Source: Octopus vulgaris
Lineage: Eukaryota
Direction of reading: 5' to 3'
Assembly: GCA_951406725.2 (NCBI GenBank)
Contig: OX597835.1
Span: forward strand, 23,932,001 to 23,996,000
DNA length: 64,000 nt
A model generated the notes under the pieces. That model did no database searches and was not told where the DNA came from. It worked only from the letters and a program-made list of their open reading frames with translations. The position numbers and the translations under genes were made by a program. Below are positions 52,029 through 64,000 of this stretch, one piece after another. Each line of letters begins with the position of its first letter. Within the stretch, counting starts at the first letter, position 1.

Positions 52029-52323
52029 CCTTTATACAAATCCACAATTTTTCAGTTAGAGGGCTCACACTTTCTATGGTCATTCAAAACCACCCAAAGG
52101 TGGTCATGCCCATCTTTACATTTCCCCAGTTACCCCACAAAGTCATTAAAAAAATCAATAGAAGTGACTTTTTTTGTGAATTTTCTATCCAAAACCCAAT
52201 CAAAATGCCCGAAACTTGATACACCAATTGAATGCCAGCTAGCTGTATGTGATTGGTCGGACAGGACTCACGTGTATGTGCGCCCGCCCGCAGCTGTATA
52301 TGCATGCCGGGTCATAGTGCTAG
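51974..52323 (+). mobile_element. Non-autonomous Helitron
   Basis: A|TC start, CTAG|T end; homologous to 33129-33352. Confidence 0.85.
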
Positions 52324-52645
52324 TATGTTATATTCAAATATACCCATATATCTGGAAGTGTAATAATCTTTAAACTCCATAATCTACTTAATTGGTGCCT
52401 ATTTTAAACAATACACACCAATACTATAAAGTTTACTGGACTCTTGAACTTGTCATCGATAAATAAGATTAAACCAGTGAGGCTAGGATGTTGACATCCC
52501 TTTTAAAAGGTATCTGCATCCTCTAAAAAGCTGCATATATATGTATGTGTATATGTGGGTATTTTTCTCTTAAGTATTCTAGTTTTCAAACAGAGGAAAT
52601 GACAATTCTGAAAGAAAATTCTATTATTTTTTTTCTTAAAAATTT

Positions 52646-52833
52646 CAGCGTGGAAGGTGTTTATAAGCCATTTAAGAAACACACAAAAACTTTGTGCTGC
52701 ACGAAGTTTTGTCAGTGAACAGGTCGCGGTCTCAAAGCAACGAAAATATTTTGACAAATTAAATTTAAATGTTGAAGTGAATCTAACGGTTTTGGTGTGT
52801 TTCTTAAATGGCTTATAAACACCTTCCACACTG
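52646..52833. repeat. 45-bp-arm inverted repeat element
   Basis: 52646-52690 vs 52789-52833, about 2 mismatches. Confidence 0.88.
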
Positions 52834-53899
52834 CAATTGTTTTCGTTCCAGCACATGATCTCAGATCAAGTCACTCGCTATGCAAGTACATCTCTGTAAT
52901 CTTTAAAATTTTTTTTTTTTAAATATTCCTGCCACCACCACCTCACTCCCCCCCTTTCCTTCTTCATGAAGTAATGATAGTTAAAGCATTGAAAAAACAA
53001 ATACCAAATATCTATTAAGAGGACTACCCTGCTACAGAGTGAGATACAATGAAATCCCACCGGAATATTTAAAAAAAACTAATTTTTTTGTCTTTTCGTA
53101 GACTAAAACATTCGACTTTTTAAAATGATATTATAATTGAGTCTCTTGACACCCTTTAATTTCCCCAGTTCTCTGGTGATATTTTTAAGAAATACAACCG
53201 GAGTTTGAATATTTTATCTGCTTTCTCATTTTATAATGTCAACATCTATGGTAACTCCCAATATATACAACACTGGTATCTAGAGCCCCTGGTTGTTTTC
53301 AATTTTCAAGTACAATTTTGACATTTAAAGTCCGATATCGATTTTTGGCACCAAATAAAATTTACTGAGTCAAGGAGGCAAACTCTGTACATGGTTTCTA
53401 GGACTCGCTAGAAGTAGCAGCCAAATCTCTTTGCTCACATCCTGCCACCTCTTTAGCTGTCCTGTGTATCACATGATACACAGGACACATTTCCCTCTCC
53501 AACAAACTGATTGTATCTGCCTCCCATACAAATGTGATACGCCATACCTACCTCCCCTACAAACACAATGGACTGCACCAGCTTCCTAATTCTGATAGAA
53601 ATTAAGCATTTCAAAATGTGCTGTAATATTGTGGGTCAATGGCTCATGTATGATGCAGATTTCCATTTTTTTTTCAACCACCAGAGTAACTTGGGACTTA
53701 TGAAAGGAAAGCTTTAAATCACTCGGAAGGTATGAAACAAAGGTGAACCTCAAAATCTGGAAACAAACCAGGACATTTTGGACAAACTAAAGTTAAAAGG
53801 CTTTGGACAGGTAATCGGTTAAAACAAAGTGCCTGATAAAGAAAGATGGCATGGTCATAGCTGGAATGCCTTTGGTTAATGTAATTCCCTTAAATGATG

Positions 53900-54350
53900 C
53901 GAACCATTTATTTTTCATCTATGGGACCCCTTTTGTTCCTGTTTTACTTGAGTGGATCCCTCATAGCCATTGGGTGTTTTTTTTTTAATCCTATCATATT
54001 TCTATAATTAAATATTACAAGTGTACAAAAAAAAAATGTTTTTGAGTATTGTAGAAATGTAAGCCATTTATTGGAAATAAATTTTAAAGACAGAATCTTA
54101 TATGGACCCCCAAGGGCCATGTGGATCCTGGTTGAGAACCCCTGTTCTAGACCATTCCAAAGAGATTATAGCAGGACACTGATTCCACCTGGCTTACCAC
54201 ATTCTCCATCTCACTGGTTCTCAACCATTCTTTTTGCCTCTGAACCCCTTTGTTTCGTATTTTACTCCACTGGACCCTCAAAGCCATTTAATGTTTATAT
54301 AAAAAAAGAATCCTACTGTATTTTCGGAATTAAATATTATTAGGAATTGT
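53900..54350. mobile_element. Two hAT MITE copies (53900-54144 and 54212-54350)
   Basis: ggttgagaaccctg right end; cactggttctcaacc left end. Confidence 0.7.
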
Positions 54351-54374
54351 TGTCTTTCATTCTTTTTTTTTATA

Positions 54375-54726
54375 TTTGTTTCACTTGTTTGACTGTGGCC
54401 ATGTTGGAGTACTGCCTCTAGTCAAATCGACCCCGGGACTTATTCTTCGTGACCCTAGTACTTATTCTATAGGTCTCTTTTGCTGAACTGCTAAGTTACA
54501 AGGACGTAAACACACCAACATCAGTTGTCAAGTAATGGTGAAGGGAAAACAAACACACACACACACACACATATAATTTTAATATGGAGCAAATAATTCA
54601 GGAAAAAATATTTGTAAAGATAACATTGGCTCTATTATTATCTAGTGTAATAATTTAAACGTGATAATAACAGAATCAATAAAATAGGTGATTGCAGGCC
54701 CCCAAAAAAGCATCCTTCAGCTATAT

Positions 54727-54785
<59 letters not shown>

Positions 54786-54947
54786 CATATATACCTGACA
54801 GGCTTCTTTCAGCTTCCATCTACTAAATCCATTCACAAGGCTTTGGTTGGCCTGAGGCTATAGAAGACACTTGCCTAAGGTGCCACACAGTGGGACTGAA
54901 CCCAGAACCATGCGGCTGGTAAGCAAGCTACTTACCACACAGCCACT
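54375..54947 (-). mobile_element. SINE A with expanded or interrupted internal microsatellite
   Basis: 3' half 54375-54560, 5' half 54797-54947. Confidence 0.8.
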
Positions 54948-55542
54948 TTATGTAAAAGTATAACCAATTTATAATGGTTGTATACTGTCAATCTAACAAG
55001 AACGTGACAGTAGGGGGTACACCACCGTTATATAGCCCTAGGAGGCATCGAACGCCTCCTGACAGCTTCGACACATTTTATCCTGTGTCCTTATATACAC
55101 ATACAAAGGGGAGACAAACACCCCCAACCGCCAGATAAATTTCAACAAGTAAATCTTATATGAACCCCCGCAAGGGTCATGTGGACCCTGGTTGAAAGCC
55201 ATTTTATTAAACCAATGCAAGGCCACGACAGAGACTAGTTGCAGTTTGGTAGGGTAGTTTCAAGGTGTGTGGCATTATTAACATAGTTTTACTGGCTTTG
55301 GACATCATCTATTCAACTGGACACCAGACGCAGTCCAATTCATGACCTTGAATGTTGTTGGCATTCTGTGTCATATTTTGGTGGATTGTTGTTTTGACTC
55401 CAACTCCTGTCCATCGCTAAGGGGGTGCACTAGATGGCACTGTCCCCTCCAACGGTGAACCCTTCTAAATCTGAGGGTTCACCATTGGAATATTCTGAAG
55501 CAGCCCCAGGCACCGAGTCGGGAAACGAACCTCACACACATA

Positions 55543-55705
55543 GGAAAGGGTGCTGAAAAGTTCCTGGCTTTAAGGGTATCATCAAGGGTTCAGTTGGAGG
55601 CCCAACTTTCCAAGTTCTTTTACAGGTCTCAGAAAAACTGAAGGACTGCTGCAATAAGTGTTTGAACCCGAGAGGGGAATATTTTGTATAAAGTCATAAT
55701 TTACT
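55543..55705 (+). mobile_element. Mariner-like MITE remnant
   Basis: gggtgctgaaaagttcctgg TIR-like start; aagtgt..aggggaatat transposase-end remnant. Confidence 0.5.
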
Positions 55706-55744
55706 GGTCCCCCTCATATATCTATCTGTGTGTATATGCGTGCG

Positions 55745-55960
55745 AGTGTGTGTGTCTTTATGTCTGTCCCCTATCACTGCTTCACAACCAGTGTTGGTGT
55801 GTTTACATCCCTGTAACTTAACAGTTCAACAAAAGTAACCAACAAAATAAGTACCAAGTTTTAAAAAAAAAACAGTACTAGAGTCGATTCATTTAACTAA
55901 ACATTTTTCAAGGCGGTGCTCCAGCATGGCCACAATCCAATGACTGAAACAAGAAAAAGT
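55745..55960 (+). mobile_element. SINE A 3' half (older)
   Basis: ggtgtgtttacatccctgtaactta..ggcggtgctccagcatggcc. Confidence 0.8.
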
Positions 55961-56257
55961 TCTTTCCCCAGAAGGGAACAATCAGCAAATTCCTTGCCCT
56001 TTTCTTTCTCTATGAAGCAGTTGACAGCCATTCCGAAAGTCCACTGATCAACTATTACATCATTTCACGAGTGTCTAAGCTTATTTACTGATCTTTTCAT
56101 ATAAATAAAAAGAGAAAATTGGTTGTCAACAATGGAAAAATACCGATTTTTATTTTTTTGTATGATTGTCTTGTTTTGCTTATCTTTTGCTTACATAAGG
56201 ATTTCCAGATACGGAAATGGAAGGCTACACAAGGAAATTGTGATATTCTTTGAGTCT

Positions 56258-56960
56258 TTTATTCTTTTGTTTCTGTCATTTGATTGTGGCCATGCTGGAG
56301 CACTGCCTTAAAGGGGTGTTTTTTTTAGATGAAGAAATCAACCCCAGGATTTATTCTTTGTAAGCCTGGTACTTATTTTATTGATCTCTTTTGCAGGACT
56401 GCTAGGTTACAGGGACATAAACACATCAGCATCAGTTTGTCAAGTGATGATGGAGGGTGGCGGACAAACACAAACACACACAGAAACATACACACACACA
56501 GAGAAACATACACACACGCACAGACATACGTACACAAACACACACATATATACACACGACAGGCTTCTTTCAGTTTCTGTCTAGCAAATCCATGGCTTTG
56601 GTTGGCCCGAGGCTATAGAAGACATCTATTTCTTTATTACCCACAAGGGGCTAAACAGAGAGGGGACAAACAAGGACAGACATAGGTATTAAGTCGATTA
56701 CATCAACCCCAGTGCGTAACTGGTACTTAATTTATCAACCATGAAAGGATGAAAGGCAAAGTCGACCTCGGCGGAATTTTAACTCAGAACATAACAGCAG
56801 ACGAAATACCGCTAAGCATTTCGCCTGGCATGCTAACGTTTCTGCCAGCTCGCCGCCTTGCTATAGAAGACGCCTGTGTAAGGTACCACACTGTGGGTGT
56901 GAACCTGGAACCATGTGGTTGGGAAGAAAGCTTCTTACCACACAACCACACCTGCACCTA
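56258..56960 (-). mobile_element. SINE A host interrupted by SINE E
   Basis: A sequence is continuous across the insertion. Confidence 0.82.
56624..56859 (-). mobile_element. SINE family E, full length with 12-bp TSD
   Basis: TSD gctatagaagac at 56612-56623 and 56860-56871. Confidence 0.9.
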
Positions 56961-57691
56961 TGTATGTAAAAAAGTCAAAAGTCAGCTATTAACACTCATT
57001 TCTCCTCCTTTCACTACTTATGACCCTCACCCCCTACCCCACCCACAAGGTCTATACTACTTACAATGTCCGTTCCTTCCTTCCCAAAATATCAACCCTC
57101 TGGAATTCTCCCCTTGTAAAGACCTTGCAACTGGGAGACTGAGTGGAGGCATGGCCATACAGGACATTCCTGTAAGGATGGATGGCCATGATTTTACTTA
57201 GTTTGAACGGTCTTCTCAAGTATAGTAAACCATCACAAATCTTGGGCCCCTGTCCACCGCAAGGCCCAGCGTCTGAAGATCCTTTTTCACCACTTCATCC
57301 TATGTCTTTCTGGGTTTCTGGGTCTACTCCTTCCACACACACACACACACACACAAAATCGTTTTTTACTTCTTTGTCATTGGACTGCGACCATGCTGGA
57401 GCTTAGTCAACCCTGGTGCTTATTTTTTAAAATCTGGTACTTACCAGTCATTTTTTCTGAACTGCTACATTATGGGGGACACAAACAAACCAATACCGAT
57501 TATCAAGTGGTGGTGGGGGTGGACAAACAAACAACACGTACGTCTATGTACACACGCACACACAGACAAGTGAGTGAACAAAAGTAGTACTCAATACCAA
57601 GTTGTATTGAGTAACAGATTGACTCAGTTCCTCATGTGACTTAAGGTTTCGTGGACACAAGGACTAAGCACAACAAACACCTTGGACATAG

Positions 57692-58352
57692 AGGTGCAGG
57701 CGTAGCTGTGTGGTAAGTAGCTTGCTTACCAACCACATGGTTCTGGGTTCAGTCCCACTGCGTAGCTGTGTGGTAAGGCGGTGATCTGGCTTTTAAAAAC
57801 GTTAATGCTTAGTGGTATTTCGTCTGCTGCTATGTTCTGAGTTCAAATTCCACCGAGGTCGACTTAGCCTTTCACCCTTTTGGGGTCGATAAATTAAGTA
57901 CCAGTTACACACCAGAGTCGATATAATCGACTTAATCCCTTTGTCTGTCCTTGTTTGTCCCCTCTATGTTTAGCCCCTTGTGGTCAATAAAGAAATAAGA
58001 AGCTTGCTTACCAACCACATGGTTCTGGGTTCAGTCCCATGGCATGGCACCTTGGGCAAGTGTCTTCTTCTATAGCCCTGGGCCAACCAAAGCTTGTGAG
58101 TGGATTTGGTAGACAGAAGCCCATTGTGTATATGTGTGTGTGTGTGTCCTTGTGTCTGTGTTTGTATCCCCCAACCATCGCTTGACAACTGATGCTGGTG
58201 TGTTTACGCCACCATAACATAGCAGTTCGGCAAAAGAGACTGACAGAATAAGTACCAGGCTTACAAAGAATAAGTCCTGGGGTTCAATCGGTTCAACTAA
58301 AAGGCGTTTCTCCAGCATGGCTGCACTCAAAAGACTGAAACAAGTAAAAGAA
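57692..58352 (+). mobile_element. SINE A with duplicated head and SINE E inserted at ~57777-57998
   Basis: gcgtagctgtgtggtaag occurs twice; E ends gccccttgtggtcaataaagaaat. Confidence 0.85.
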
Positions 58353-58377
58353 TATGGACAGACAGACAGACAGACTG

Positions 58378-58408
<31 letters not shown>

Positions 58409-59148
58409 TACTGAAGTACATCACTGAGATAAAGGAACATTAAAAATAGTTGTTGGTTGTGTACTGGATGTAATAGGCCAGGAAAATTTGAATTAAATTT
58501 GCACCTATGGTGTTGAAAACCATTATCTTAATAAATAATTCAGTTAAAACAACAAACTCGCACACCACTAACACAGCAACCCATATATATATATATATAT
58601 ATAATTATATAATATATATATATATTATATAATATATATATATAGCATGGGTGTATATGCAAATATATAGAGAGTGTGTGTGTGTATGTGTTTTATATAT
58701 ATGTGCACATACACTTCTCTAAAGTGACCTGCATTGACATGTTTTATGTGTGAGTGGATTGTGGTTGTTGTTGTTACTATGGTGACTGTCACATTAATAT
58801 TTCACAAATGGTCGAGAGGCAAACAAAGTGAGACATCATGGTTCCTTATCACTGAGTTGAAGTATTTTTCACAATTGACTGATCTGTCTCCTCTCATTCC
58901 CGACGGGGGTCAATTAAATAAATACCAGTTATACAGTAAGGAGCACAATAGATTCTACCTCCCTCCCATACAAATGCAACACACCATACCTCTCTCCTCT
59001 GCACATAATAGAACATATCCTCCTTTACAAACAATAAGCCATTACCTACCACCCCTACAACTGCAACAGACCATACCCAACTCCCCTCCAAACACAATAG
59101 GCCAGTCATGGACAAACTGCATCCTACACGACTTTCTGAATTGTACAC

Positions 59149-59590
59149 TTAACCCTTTAGTATTCCAGCCAGCCATATCTGGTCCAAACATTCTATGTTT
59201 CATGCTAAAACCAGTCAGATCTGGCTTCTCACCCCTACCCAACAAGGTCATTCTAAAAATATATTTCTTTACTGCCCACAAGGGGCTAAACATAGAGGGG
59301 ACAAACAAGGACAGATAAAGGGATTAAGTCGATTACATTGACCCCTGTTGGAGACTGGTACTTTATTTATCGACCCCGAAAGGATGAAAGGCAAAATCGA
59401 CCTCAGCAGAATTTGAACTCACAATGTAACGACAGACGAAATACCACTAAGCATTTCGCCCGGCGTGCTAACGTTTCTGCCAGCTCGCGCTTATTCTAAA
59501 ATTAGTCACCTCATCAAAATCTGAAAGCTACAAGATAATGCACGATTAATTCTAAACAATGTGAATAAATAAGTATTATCTAGCCAAAAG
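59149..59590 (+). mobile_element. piggyBac-like MITE containing SINE E (59260-59492, minus)
   Basis: TTAAccctttag start; attctaaaa duplicated on both sides of E. Confidence 0.75.
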
Positions 59591-59647
59591 AAGCTGACCA
59601 GATCTGCCCTCTTACACCCTAACATGTAGGTTACCACAGTGAAAAGT

Positions 59648-60213
59648 GAAAGTAAATTGTCTTAAGATAAAAAGGGTGGAATTCTGGTTTAAGCATGCCA
59701 CGTAACCCCCATAACTTCTTTTTTTTATTTTTGGAATTTTCAGAAAATCTTTGTGAATTTGTGTTCTACACTTGGAGGTTCATACAATTATGTAACCCTA
59801 CCCTGCCAAAAAAAATTTTGGTGAGTGATTTTAGGTCTATTTAGCTGTTATTTTTACTACATCTCACGACCACTTCATACCCTCCTCATTTGTTTGTCAC
59901 TCTGATGTGTTGATGTTTTTCGATACCATTCTCTCCATAAACATATTTAATAGTCCATTGCTGAGATTTAAGCCAAATATTTGGACCGTTCTTATTTTAA
60001 AATGTGATTTAAAAAAAAAAAAGTAATTAAAATTTTTTTTAAATTTTGTAAGATTAAAAAAAAATGTTTTTTAATAGTTGTGTGAATTCCCATGTGTGGA
60101 ATACAAATTTGCAAAACTTTTCTTAAGATTCCAACAACATAAGGAAGTTATGAGGGGTTAAATGTCATGCATATAGCAGAATTCCACCCATATTTTTAAG
60201 GACAATTTACTTT
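59648..60213. mobile_element. Old MITE with ~140-bp degenerate terminal inverted repeats
   Basis: gaaagtaaattgtcttaa..gggtggaattctg..ccataacttc vs gaagttatg..cagaattccaccc..ttaaggacaatttactttc. Confidence 0.7.
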
Positions 60214-60924
60214 CATCCTCCATGGTGATAAGCTGCATGTTAACCACCAATGTCATTCTCGATAATCAAGCAGATTTGATTATTCATGATTGGAATACTT
60301 CCAAAGTTATCAACATTAATTTTGCTTTTTCACCCATAATTCAGACATTTACATACTTTATTGTTATTAATCATTTTCACTCCTTAGTCATGGGGAGCTC
60401 CAAAGCCAAAGATAGGAGCCTGTAAGTAGTCACATAACATGCTAGAAATAACAGCTTAATCCCAACCTCTCCAGCAAAATACACAAAAGTTTAGACCTTA
60501 GATAGATGGAGTCCATTTGAAATATATATTGCAGCCTCCACCCAAACCCTGTACAACCAGTAATAAGCCTTGTTCTGAGAGGTGTGAGGTACAAGCACAA
60601 AGAAGTGGGTCCAGAAGGAAACAGCCGCGAGTGATTGAGAATTTGAATGTTGCAACCTTCACAAATAAAGAGCAGGAACTAGTGGAGGATGCCAAACACT
60701 ACTGGTCAGATATACAAAGGTGCCAGGTGGTAAGCCAGGCGACAGATTATTACCACAAAATAATGGACATGAGACATTTTGGCACAGCTGATTTGGCACA
60801 GCTGTTTTGGCGCAGCCGTTTTGGTGCCACTGATTCGATGTTGACCATCAGATGTCTTGATGCTCCTTTCATTCTTGCTCTCCCTCCCCTTCTCTCTGCT
60901 TAGCATGTGAACATATTTCTTTAT

Positions 60925-61318
60925 TTACTCTTTACTCTTTTACGTGTTTCAGTCATTTGACTGCAGCCATGCTGGAGCACTGCCTTTAGTCGAGCAAATC
61001 GACCCCAGGACTTATTCTTTGTAAGCCCAGTACTTATTCTATCGGTCTCTTTTGCCGAACCGCTAAGTGACGGGGACGTAAACACACCAGCATCGGTTGT
61101 CAAGCAATGCTAGGGGGACAAACACAAACACACATACATACATACATACATATACATATATACGACAGGCTTCTTTCAGTTTCCGTCTACCAAATCCACT
61201 CACAAGGCATTGGTCGGCCCGGGGCTATAGCAGAAGACACTTGCCCAAGGTGCCACGCAGTGGGACTGAACCCGGAACCATGTGGTTGGTAAGCAAGCTA
61301 CTTACCACACAGCCACTC
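60925..61318 (-). mobile_element. SINE family A
   Basis: Near-consensus copy. Confidence 0.92.
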
Positions 61319-61583
61319 GAGAAGGAAATTTTACATCAATTGTGTTCAACTAATAAATAATAAGAAAATGTAATGTCTTTCTTTTTTACACTCTCTATAA
61401 GTATGTGTATATTTCTGCACGTGTGTGCACGCATGCATGTGCCGCCCATCTTAAAAAGTTCTGTTGCCTCAACAGACTGAATGTCCAGCCAACCATGCCA
61501 AACAATCAACATTCAATTGTTTCATTCTGATGGACTAAGTCAACCACCCAAGTATTCCAAGGCAGTATTTGAACTCAGAGCAT

Positions 61584-61969
61584 GGAAGCACTCCGTCGGT
61601 TAAGACGATGAGGGTTCCGGTTGATCCGAATCAACGGAACAGCCTGCTCGTGAAATTAACGTGTAAGTGGCTGAGCACTCCACAGACACGTGCACCCTTA
61701 ACGTAGTTCTCGGGGATATTCAGCGTGACACAGAGAGTGACAAGGCCGGCCCTTTGAAATACAGGTACAACAGAAACAGGAAGTAAGAGTGAGAGAAAGT
61801 TGTGGTGAAAGAGTACAGCAGGGATCACCACCATCCCCTGCCGGAGCCTCGTGGAGCTTTTAGGTGTTTTCGCACAATAAACACTCACAACGCCCGGTCT
61901 GGGAATCGAAACCGCGATCCTATGACCGCGAGTCCGCTGCCCTAACCACTGGGCCATTGCACCTCCACT
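61584..61969 (-). mobile_element. SINE family C, full length with 11-bp TSD
   Basis: TSD actcagagcat at 61573-61583 and 61970-61980. Confidence 0.93.
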
Positions 61970-62123
61970 ACTCAGAGCATACAGAGTCAAAACAAAACAC
62001 AAGAATTTGGATATTGGTAAGACTTTACCATTACTGTTCTTAGGATATAGGGAAACAGCTCCACAGTTCTAAGACTGTGTATGACATATGTTTAAAAATA
62101 CAATTAAAAAGTAAGGGTTTAAA

Positions 62124-62345
62124 TCAGGGATTCTCAACCATTTTTTTTATCTATGGACCCCTTTTAGTACTATTTTATTCTTGTAGACCCCACCATAGCC
62201 ATTCGATGTTTAAAAACTAGTTTTAAAGAAACTCCTTCCAAAATTATTATTTTGTTTCTTCACACATTAACTTGTGTAGGTTGAATTATGTAAAATGTTA
62301 GAGAGAGAAACCCAGCTGTTTCCTGCAATACATAACCATAATTTT
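62124..62345 (+). mobile_element. hAT MITE left part
   Basis: cagggattctcaacc..ctatggacccct. Confidence 0.65.
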
Positions 62346-62434
62346 CTCTAATTTCTAAACTTTAAAGCAGAAATTTTTAAAAGGAAAACTTCCCATGCAA
62401 ATTGCTCTGGGGATTTTCTATTATTAAAGTGACA

Positions 62435-63000
62435 ATCTGACAGAATCGTTACCGCATTGTATTTAGCTGCATTCCTTCCGGCTCTTTACGTTCTGAGTTT
62501 TATCCTCTCGGGGTCGATAAAATAAGTACCAGCTGAGCACTGGGTTCGATATAATCGACTTAATCCGTTTTTCTGTCCTTGTTTGTCCCTTCTGTGTTTA
62601 GCCCCTTGTATTTCGTCTGTCGCTACGTTCTGAGTTCAAATTCCGCCAAGATCGACTTTGCATTTCACCCTTTCGGGGTTGATAAAATAAAGAGCAGTGA
62701 AACACTAGGGTCCATGCAATCGACAAGTTCCCTCCCCCAAAATTCCAGGCCTCGTGTCTTTAGTAGAAAGGATTATTTTATAAAGGGACAAGCTGGCAGA
62801 TTCGTTAGCATGCCGAGCAAAATGCTCAGAGGCATTTCGTCCGTTTTTACGTTCCGAGTTCAAATTCCGCCGAGGTCGAATTTGCCTTTTATCCTTTCGG
62901 GGTCGATAAAATAAGCATCAGTTAAGCACTGGAGCCGATGTAATCGACTAGTCCCCCTCTCACCAAATTTTAGATCTTGGGCCTATAGAAGAAAGGATTA
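62435..63000 (+). mobile_element. Cluster of three SINE E copies in tandem
   Basis: ggggt(c/t)gataaaataa at ~62510, ~62675 and ~62900. Confidence 0.85.
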
Positions 63001-63528
63001 TCATCATTTCATCTCAGGTGTTCGACAAAGTATAAAAAGAAAAATGTTGAGTAACGTTGACATAGTTCCACTGACATAAATGGAATAACGGCAATGCTGA
63101 CACGTTATCGCCAATAATTGAAGAAGGTGAGCTTCCTGAAACTAAAGTGCAAAGTGATCAATAAGATATCTTATGTAAACATTAAGAAAAAGGAGCTTCT
63201 AAGAGCTGCATAAGATTGTGAAATCATTCTTCACATTTCGTTGATTAAAATGCAACAGTTAAAAAATAGACAGAAAAAAAAAAAACTAATTAGAGGAGAA
63301 TCAAATGCCATGTAAGAGGAATATATGGTAAAAGAAAACACATTTTTAAAGCCATTCCTATCTCTAAGATTATTATATGTAGTGTGTAATATGCGGAATC
63401 GATTCTGACAGAATTCCAGCTCAGAACGGAAAGACACGTGATTTTACAACACCAACAATAACAAAGTGACGTGATTACATTAACAACATCAACGTAGAGA
63501 TGTGATTACACATAACACATAGCTAGTC

Positions 63529-63840
63529 CCCAGGGGGCCCTCAGGATTCTAGGAGTCCAACTCTGATCTATGTGCCATGACTTGTCAATAATAAGTCTAT
63601 ACTATAAGGCCCAGTGCGTTGATTTGTGCCGGGTGGGAGCCTCGCATGTCTAGGAGCCCGATTTTGAACTTTGATGTGGTTTGCTGCCAATAAGTCCAAA
63701 GGGTCCAATGCATTGATCTGTCCGGGGACCTCACGGGTCTAGGAACCCAATTCTGATTTATGTATGCTGTCATATAAATACTATAGGGCCCAGTGCCTCG
63801 ATTTGCCCAGGGATCTATAAATATTGCTACGATTGCCCTG
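63529..63840. repeat. Three-plus ~90-100-bp GC-richer tandem units ending gccctg (probable hAT MITE)
   Basis: tctaggagtccaa / tctaggagcccga / tctaggaacccaa periodicity. Confidence 0.6.
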
Positions 63841-64000
63841 CACATAATAACAAAAGACTTGGTTGCATATAACAACAACATAGAGACGTGATTGCTTTAT
63901 AGCAACAACAAACAACTTGATTGCATTTAATAATCTTTTCTGCCTGAAATTTTGGGGAAGTGGCCTAGTTGCTTACATCGAACCCAGTACTGGATTGGTA

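Noticed and set aside
57588-57613. 10-bp-arm hairpin tactcaatac/gtattgagta
   Set aside because: Too short and AT-rich to exceed chance
60517-60903. 128-aa ORF with plausible splice sites
   Set aside because: Frameshifted remnants resemble an RTE C-terminus (RW..FGHILR..P; GSRR..PR) and the 3' part is a tandem repeat; more likely a LINE relic

Overview
AT-rich eukaryotic DNA packed with (CA)/(TA) microsatellites and tRNA-derived SINEs. The repeat repertoire strongly suggests an octopus (coleoid cephalopod) genome; this is inferred from recall of cephalopod repeat families, not from a search. No complete protein-coding gene is present, and nearly all ORFs in the track are microsatellite or SINE artefacts. 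Content: at least five SINE families (labelled A-E here, many nested, several with TSDs), decayed RTE, CR1/L2 and L1/Tx1-like LINE ends, a hAT (SPIN/GTF2IRD2-like) transposase relic, hAT, piggyBac and mariner MITEs, and three non-autonomous Helitrons. A few short minus-strand candidate exons (8.3, 18.2, 39.3, 42.5 kb) suggest the window is the 5' intronic region of an unidentified gene with alternative first exons. The most interesting signals are a family of minimal hammerhead-ribozyme motifs in Penelope-type remnants, including a tRNA-headed, hammerhead-bearing foldback element at 47.9-48.3 kb, and several long near-perfect hairpins or inverted duplications. Repeat boundaries are approximate unless a TSD is quoted.
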